A stretch of 64,000 nucleotides of DNA, taken from NCBI GenBank assembly GCA_040954595.2, contig CM082588.2, positions 6,212,202 to 6,276,201 of the forward strand, read 5' to 3'. Source of the stretch: Balanoglossus misakiensis. Lineage: Eukaryota; Animalia; Hemichordata. Shown here piece after piece: positions 53,401-62,400 of this stretch (positions within the stretch are counted from its first letter, which is position 1; the number at the start of each line of letters is the position of its first letter). Both the position numbers and the translations under genes were made by a program. Under the pieces are notes generated by a model. That model saw only the letters and a list, made by a program, of their open reading frames with translations, was not told the DNA's origin and searched no databases.

Positions 53401-56400
53401 TGTATGACAACGACGTGTGTGACGACTACTGGTACAGTGCTTGGTTTGAACTCTTTGTAATTGGAATTTTATTATCACATGTTCGTGAGATTTTATCATC
53501 ACATAAAACTAAACTTAAGGGAGGCTGTAGAATGCAGTTGTATAATGTCCAAGCTAACACCTGGGTGTTACGATATTATAAGAGGTCTGCACAAACCCCT
53601 CTCTGTCTGTCTTTTGCTATAGCTCGGTTTGTACACGGTCATTTCTAGCCATATTTGGGATTTTATTGTACACTACATCGCACGACTAAAACGTTTGGGA
53701 TTTCTACTCGATGTTTGTATGCAGGCAGAGACTGACAACTGTGTTTCAACCTATTAAAATGGTGCACTACCACAAGAACATAAAATCTACGACCCTTCAA
53801 AGTAGTTTCAGGGTAGCTTTGATAGACAAGCAAGGACCTCGAATAACCTCCAACTTGTGTGTCCACACAGCTCTTTGCAAAATTCCATCCTCAACTTCAA
53901 GAGGTATAATAGTGATTCCCTGACTGGGAGTTGGAGGATTCCAAAATCCTTCAGTGTACATGTACATGTACAGTGGGTGGAAAATAGGATTTCATGTCAA
54001 AGCCAACAAACCGTACAAATAATAGGGAGTGTGGATTGGAAGGGTGTTTCCTAAACAAACCGCCATTATTTATATTACTATCATCAATACTTCGCCTAAC
54101 ATTATCGTCCATTCACACCGCAACTGGTGCACCTTGCATTGTTAATCGACCCAAAGGGAATCAACCAAGTAATAAACCAGCAATACCAGCTGTTGGCTTC
54201 CTTCCCTCTCCAAATACATAAACTCAAACATAAAGCAAACTGGCGTCGCTGTGAAATCCCAACTATTGGAGGAGTTCGCCTCACCCCAGCGAAGATCATT
54301 ACGGTATCAGCCCTGGAGGACAGGGACGCTGATCTGCACGTATGCCAACAGCGCCAAGCTGTCAACAGTTTGCACAGCTGCCAAATCCAATATTCACATC
54401 GATGACACGATCTACTGTAAAACGGGAAATATTTCGCGACACGAAATTTTCGCAATATCAAAAGAAGCAACTTTTACGCAAGAGTTAATTTTCGTGTTCT
54501 CATATTTCATCGTTATCCCCTAAAACATTTTACGCGACTTGTTATTTTCACATTATTTTGGCTCTCGCGTATTTCGCGAAATTGATCGTGAAAATAACCC
54601 GTTTTACAGTATTTTCGCGAGCAAAGAGATCGGTCGGCTCAGCTGCAGAAACTCGCACACTGGGATACAACCCAATTTGACTGCATGGTTGTAATATCAA
54701 AGTCACTGCCGAGTTGAAATGTCACATATTTTCTTGATTTCTCGGCTAATGCCACCCACTGGTTCTAGCAGATCGTTTGGTGGAAGCTCATTAATGTGAC
54801 CTATTTTCTTCTGACCTCTTGATTTGAGGATTTTCTATTCATCTCTGCAATATTCCCACCAAGTAATCTGACAGAGCTTTAGGCCAAATTTGATCGTTAA
54901 CATTTGGCGTTGAAAAACACAGAAATTTTTCTTCCTTACCTTCTGGATCTAATAATTTATCGATTCCAAGGGCATCTTGGGCAATTCTGAAGGCATTGTC
55001 AAGTCGTTCATCCGCAGTCATCCGAACGATGTCTTGGTACCTGAACAAGTCAGGTCTGCAAAATGAGAAGAAATCAAATTTGTTAGGTAACCTTACAAAT
55101 GTGCAGCTTGAAGTAAAGTCTTAACAATACTGGTATATATACATGCCCTAATTGAGCCATTTTATTGAAGGAAATGTTTTGTGACATAATCCATTCAGAG
55201 AAATGTTCTTGCGAGAAAGAAAAACAACATGTACACAAGACTTTTTGATCCCACATTCCAGCCTCTGTATCACTATCACCATGACTCCCATACACAATTA
55301 CCAACATCCCCTTTTTCCTCCATATATTTCAGAGACTGATAATCAAATTAATATCACCTATTTCAATGACCTTGCCAAGTCTTACAGGCAAAACAGAATC
55401 TTTGATAACAAGGTTCAAGGTTGCAGTCAGGAAATCCCTCCTGCTGGGGCATTTGCCCCTTATTTCTCGCGCGCTCGCATGTAATATCAAACACCGTTAG
55501 TGCAGTCAGCAATGACCTTGCATCTAACCCTCCAGGGGAGTTCCCTAATCAATTACTTGATACAGAATGTGATCTGCAGTAATTGACCCGAGCACGTATA
55601 TTCACACATTGCCAGCCAAATCTCATTGCTGAACACAAAGATCAATATGTGCAAAGATTGTTCCAGCCTCTCAATGTCAATCTTCACACATTCTCTTTAT
55701 TATTGCCAGTATAATCACTGGCAGTACCATTTGTCAGTTACAGACAAGGGAATACAACTTCAAGCAAACTCTACCAAAACTCACCTGAACTTATGTATAA
55801 GGGCATTGAAAGCCAACCCATCTCTCCAGGATGTGGTGAAGTTCCTGATCTCTATATTCTCATATCTGCATCACAACAAGAAAACATAAATGTTGATGAC
55901 AAGGCAAACCTGGGTTAGCCAATTTGACACCTCAACATCACTTGTGATTATCATATGATCACAAACAATATCACCGGCTACATTATGCCATACATAAAAC
56001 AACCCAAGCTACATTGTACATAAACTATATGAGGACCTTGCTAACACTGGGCTAACCCATTGTAACCCCAATGTTAGCAAATCCCAAATGGACTGTACTC
56101 ACCCATGGGTTGACTGCCTACACCATGTTAGCAGAGTTTTCTCCAAACCACTCTGGTGTACTTCCCCCATGTCTTGTAATACTTCTTTAACCTGAAATAC
56201 AAGTCAAATATCATCAATGTTGATTAGATTTGCATAAATGATGTCAGTCTTCCATACATGTACTTTGTTTGAAAATTCATCTTTCACATGCGGTAGGTTT
56301 ACACTTACTGCAGTTTTTTCGAGACTGCATTTTTGAATTGAGAAAACTGTCAAATATAACATTACTGTTCATGCATCTGTGAATTGTTGAAGATAACTGA

Positions 56401-59400
56401 CACGGTGCTAACGAGAGTTTCAAAGCAGAACTGGTATTCGTCAATAAACTCGGCAAGTAGGCCATTCTTATCAACACTGAAAGTTAAAACCGTGATCTGC
56501 CGTTTCACTTAATGAGCTCTCCCTGTGTGGTTTTCATGCGCATCTAATCACGGATGAGGCACATGGAACGCATCAGGCAAAATTTAGCCAACATGCATCG
56601 GCCTACCAAGATGCCCTTACGGTGACCCCACATGACCTTAGTAAAGTTAGAATGTGGAAATTCTGCAGACACATCGTATACGGCAACTGCAGTGTACAAT
56701 AGCACCAAACTGTAGCAAGTTTTGACTCATAGGTTTTCACCTAAAGAAAAAGTACACGTCTACATGTATGTTGAAAGACCTCTCAAATACATGTGCAGGT
56801 TCCACATTCAGTAATCTGCTAGTCTAGCTGCAATAATTGTAGCCTTGGTGGGCTGGGTGCGGCTTGCGCGAGACCCGACCAAGTCTACAATTATTGCAGC
56901 TATACGCTAGTCATACTTGAGTACAATACCATAAGCCATCCCCATTCCAACCTCCCAACCTATGACTATGAGCCCAGTATAAAGTCTTGAATGACTTTTA
57001 AACCCATTACCCCATTACCAGCATCTCTCCAGCCAAACCACACCCAAGTTTTCTCAACCTATCCCACCACCTAAACCCATCACTAACTACATTCCAACTC
57101 ATGACTATCAGTGTTCTCCCCAGAACAATTTACAAGTGTTGGCCGATACCCCTTCATTTGGGGAATGCAAATTGGCCGATACTATCCCAGAAATTTCTGG
57201 GGAGAACACTGACTTTTCACAAATCTAGTAGTACCCCGGTACGTACCATCCATATACACCACAACAGACTACCATCAGTCACACAAAGACACCACAAATA
57301 CTGGTGTATGTGAATGTCTTTGCTAAGACCACTATTTTAAACTTCAGCAGTACTTAAACTTAAATCATACTCCTCTAAACTACCATAAAAGAATTTATCT
57401 GACAATTCCAATTTTATGTACATCAACTACCACTGCAATAAATCTATTGTGTCACATACAAAACATCAACGATCTATATATAACAGTCAGTAGTTAGAAA
57501 AATAAAAATAGCCCCAAAGACATATTTAGAACATGCAGACACGCCTGAGATAGATTGAAATGACATTTCCAGATGTGTGTTATGAGAGTCCCCTGAATGC
57601 TTGGTGTAAACCCTTTCAACACCAAGCATTGGTCCAATTGCATTGTTTTCATTGATATGATGAATTGGAGGTTGAAAGGGTTACTATGGCAATATTCACA
57701 GTTCAAAATAACAAATAATGCCAATGTTTAGCCATCATTGTCGTTACTTGTTGTGTCGTTACAAGTTGTGTACTGCACTGTACATACACTCTCCTGGTCC
57801 GTATTTTGTCACAACCAGAATTGTCTCAGAAAGAGCCTGTACCACTTTACAAGAACCTTAAAAGCATTAACCAGGAAAAACCATTAGAGCCAGGAAACGG
57901 ACAAAAGACATTTCCCAACCAATAACGCCGCCCCGGAGAATTTAATTTCACCTTATTGCCCTATTGAAGAGCAATTTGTGAGAAAGTCACTTTGCCTCCG
58001 AAGCATGCATTCGGCAGTGCTTCTTTTCTTGCGACGTGAAATTCTCAGCATGCACATGTACTTTATACAGTTGGCACTGTCCAGCATGAATTAATGTTAG
58101 GGTTAGGGGTTTTCAAGACGATGAGTTCAGAAAGATTTCTCACTTTTATACAACTGTGCCAATTAAAATTGTACTCCTATAAAATTGGATTTCATAGTGT
58201 GTTATAATTACTAAACTGGTTTATTATTTCAGTATATACAAACTTTCCAAGAAACTCAAAGTCATTTTGGTAAACTGGTGTGTGCAGTGCAAAAAGACTG
58301 AAGAGTGCCAACTAATGAGAGATGGGCTGAGGAGATGTGTGAGAAGACAGGGGAAAAACTTACTTCTGAATCAGAGTGCATGATTACATATTCCTTGTGT
58401 TGAACGACCTGTATGAAAATTAATGCTACTGATTTCAGAAAAGCACTTCGTGGTAAGTTAGTAGAGTGCAGCAAGGCTAGCACTACACTGTGGTAGACAC
58501 ATTGATATGAGAAAAGATCAGAACTACATAGAAGACATTGTGGGTACTGGACTCACTATGAAGGGGTTCTGGGTTCAAATCCCAGACCCAGACTGTGGAT
58601 TTTTTATCTGAGGATGTTAATTTCATTTTGTGCGCAATTTTCTTTTCTAATTGATTTGGGGGTACTGGTTTTGTATGGGGATTCACACCTGTTCCAGTCG
58701 TAAGACAAATTGGATGTAAGAAACAATAAAACAGTTGGCTTGGTCTTTTTTTTAATAGAATGATTGATTACAGTAAGTTGTATTTTACAATGACAAGGAA
58801 GTGCTGACATCAAACATCAAATGTTTAGTCAGTTTGCAAGCAACAGTGAATTATTAATAATTGACTTCATTAAAAATAAAACAGGCTGGTTAATTATTAC
58901 CACGAAGTGAAAATGAAAGGTGCAATGGTTGTTGAAATTATTTGAGTATGTTGATTTTATATAGATTCTGATATGGTCTGCAAGCCACATAAATTTCTTT
59001 TATCCTTTTTGTTTCTTCTCATTAGCCTGACCGAGACACAACAGATGGCAAATCATCACCCAGAACAGAAAAATACTGTCACATCTCATTTGTGCACAGC
59101 TTTGGTGATGCGGATAATCGCCATGGAAACTCTCATTGCCATCATCATCATGACCGTGGTAGACCAGATAAACATAATGATGACAGGAAACTGCTGGGAA
59201 TGTTATGATATGCTCAAATACAATCAGTCATCAATTGAGCAGAGTCGCTGTGTAATAGTGCTGTGAACTCACAGAGGGCCACCAGACTCGGTGGCAGAAT
59301 TGATTGTATATATCTGTGTATGCTGTTGATTGATTGCCTGTCTGAACATACAGCAACATTCCCATGTTCCCTAAAAGCTCCATTAGCTGTAACTTTTCGC

Positions 59401-62400
59401 CATGTTTTCACGTTTCAGCATTTTTGTTTTGTGTATCTACTGCAGCTTTTTCTCCAGAAATCATTGAAGCATGAATTGATGAAACGCACAGTATTTACCA
59501 GTGGCTTACATTTGTGCCAACACAACCTGCATATATGTGAGGTCAGCATTGTTATTGTAGGAAATCTGAATTTAAGTCCGGACTAGAATTCATTTGTCAA
59601 CAATAACAATGGTCGTTATACACATACAAACTATGTTGACGAGCAGAGTATTACTGGGTATATCAGCATGCTGTTTGGAGTAGAGCAAGAAATTGCATTC
59701 GGTACGCAGAACAAAAATACTGAAATAAAGCTGCAAGTTACAGCTAATGTCCCTTTAACCAATGACAATTGCACGAACCAAAGAATTAAACATACATCTT
59801 TTAAGACGATCATTTTCCTACAGATTCTAGCCTTTGTAGGTATTCATGATACACCAAAAAGAAAACTGATAACTACAAACATTTCTGAAACCATACAAGC
59901 CTAGCATTCAAATAACGAGGTATTTTCCTGATTTTTCTTGCATTGACCACGTATTATATCCGAATACCTTCCTGTAGGCTGTACGCAAAGGAAATTGATC
60001 GTTCCGAGATCTCAGTATCTCTGTAATGTATGTAATTCATACTGAAACACTTCCTTCCATTACATAATTTACCTGTATCCATACAAGGTCTCATTACAAC
60101 TTTACTGCTGTATGCAAGATGCACTGAGCCAATTTGCAAAGTTGTGTAATGTCCACTACATGTATACCCATTCCTCCTCCCATATGGTAGATTCCACTGA
60201 GTTCCAATGGGGTGTATTTGAAATGGTAGATTCCATTAAGTCCCAAAGGGGTGTACTGTACAGTACTCACCTGCCAGTGTGAGATAATGGTCCACACAAG
60301 TCCTAGAGTCAACTTCGGATTGCCGTCAACTATATCGTTGCCACTTATATTCACTATTTTAATCTGTCAGAGGGGGAAGAGTTTATCCAAATGACGGATT
60401 GGACGAAAAACCAAAAGCGACACGGCATCCATCATAAATCCAGCAGACATCACGTAATTGATCATGAAAGAGAAAAAAATAACAGAAAACAGATCGTTAG
60501 TAAATGAGTCTCGATAATAACGCACTCCATGTCGGCGCACCCATATTCACAACAGAAGATGTATGCGCTAACGATTCCTTTACCGGTTCAGACAGACTCT
60601 GATTATTTTTTCCAGATTTATCAGCTCTTCACTGACCTTCACGTTTGCGCCAAACGATGCTATCTGAGAACCAGCCGAAAAGAGCTACAGTGTTTTGAAT
60701 GCACCGGTTAATATGATTACAGACAGCTGCACGCACAATGATGGTTAACACTCCCGTAAATGGGAAAAGACGGGCGGGTGCAACAACCTCTGTGCTTGTC
60801 CGCGTGTCTCTCTGTCTGTCTGCAAATGATGGGCGAATCTGTGAAAATGTCAATACCCTGACCCTTTCTCAAATGGAACCCACTCTCAAGCATATGCTAG
60901 CTGCTCTGGAAACTCACTGAAATGGAACCGAAAGACGCCTGTGCAAGCGATGAAAAATGCATGATGTTATCACTGAAACTATGAACTCTGATCATCATCC
61001 TGGTGTTATACGGTTTGTTTTTGAAACAGAGAATCATACAACCATAGTGCAGAAAAGGAAAAAAAATACAAGTTGAAACTTTTGAATGTATCACTGTTGA
61101 GTGAGACTTTAATATTCTCAGCAAAATATGTATGCATTCAGAAATGCTCCCAATATTTCTGCAATCTGATTAAAATATGATGTAGAGAGAGGAGCTCAGG
61201 CCACAATACCATTCAAGACAAAACCCCACCCATCTCTACATCAGATTTTGATAAGCCTGATATTTTTATAGTTTCATCCCAAATATCATTTCCAGTTTAA
61301 TATCTACCATAACGCGATGTACATTGAAACAAATACAGGTTGGCAGCTTGCTTTTTTGAAAGACAGGATTTGTCTAGAAGTAACAATACACGTAAAACAG
61401 TTCCATCAACGCCTCTACCTGTATCATTACTCATAGATAAAGCCTATGTTCATTGACCCCTCACCTCCAAATAACTGTGATCAGACTTCATTGTTATCAA
61501 AAGTACATGTAGGTTTTAGTCCATCCAGAGGCAATTAGGTGAACGGGTAAAGGTCAAAAGTTCAATGTGGGATGAAAAACTTCACTGGGTTAACCTCAAA
61601 AAGTTTCCAGTCGGCAAAACCAGTTCTTTAATACTGAGCTGGAGGAATTTATCTCATAGATGTAACTTTTGAAGGTTTTGATAAAGATGTTTTTGTTATC
61701 TATACTCTCTTGTTCTACTCCCTGAAAATTGTTAATACACCCAATATTCAGCTCATTAACTAAAGTTTACCTGTGTTAATGTGTCCGATGTACATTGATA
61801 CTGTAAAACGGGTTATTTTTGCAAGCAATAAATTTCACGAAATACGCTAGAGCCCCAAAAAACGTCAAGATAAAAAGTCGCGTAAAATATTTTTCAGAGA
61901 TAAGGATGTCGTGGTGAAATACAAAAACGCGAAAATTAATTCTCGCGTTAGCTGTTGCCTCTTTTGATATCACGAAAATTTCCTTTCTCAAAAATAACCC
62001 GTTTTACAGTATTGTTGACGATTGAATTCATTGGTCAACAGAATGACAATGCTGATACACGTACATGAACATATAGGCAAGCTTTGTTGACAAGTCAACT
62101 ACTGGGTGTTTAACTTGCACCTGGTAATGGAACAAGATACTCAGTTTATACACAAAATACGACACCAACTGTTCCTCAAAATCATGGCCATTAGTAACGG
62201 AATGCGAGCGACCCATATGTTTATTCAGGGTTACTGAGAATAGCCAACGAAAACAACCAGCCACTTTGCCGTTCCTTGTCGGCTCTTTTTTTCTAAAAAA
62301 AAATACAGCCTAGTCCTCCCAGCATTCTCCATCATCAATTCTATCATCATCTTTTTAACTTCAGATTTTGCTATCTACCTCTGAGCTTTACCACATTTTT

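Noticed and set aside
53396-53453. Exon-like stretch [19 protein letters not shown] with a phase-1 donor
   Set aside because: Weak acceptor and donor, and inclusion would interrupt the conserved DPED-V motif of CH2.
58097-58111. TTAGGG-like repeats
   Set aside because: Only two units; not an interstitial telomere array.
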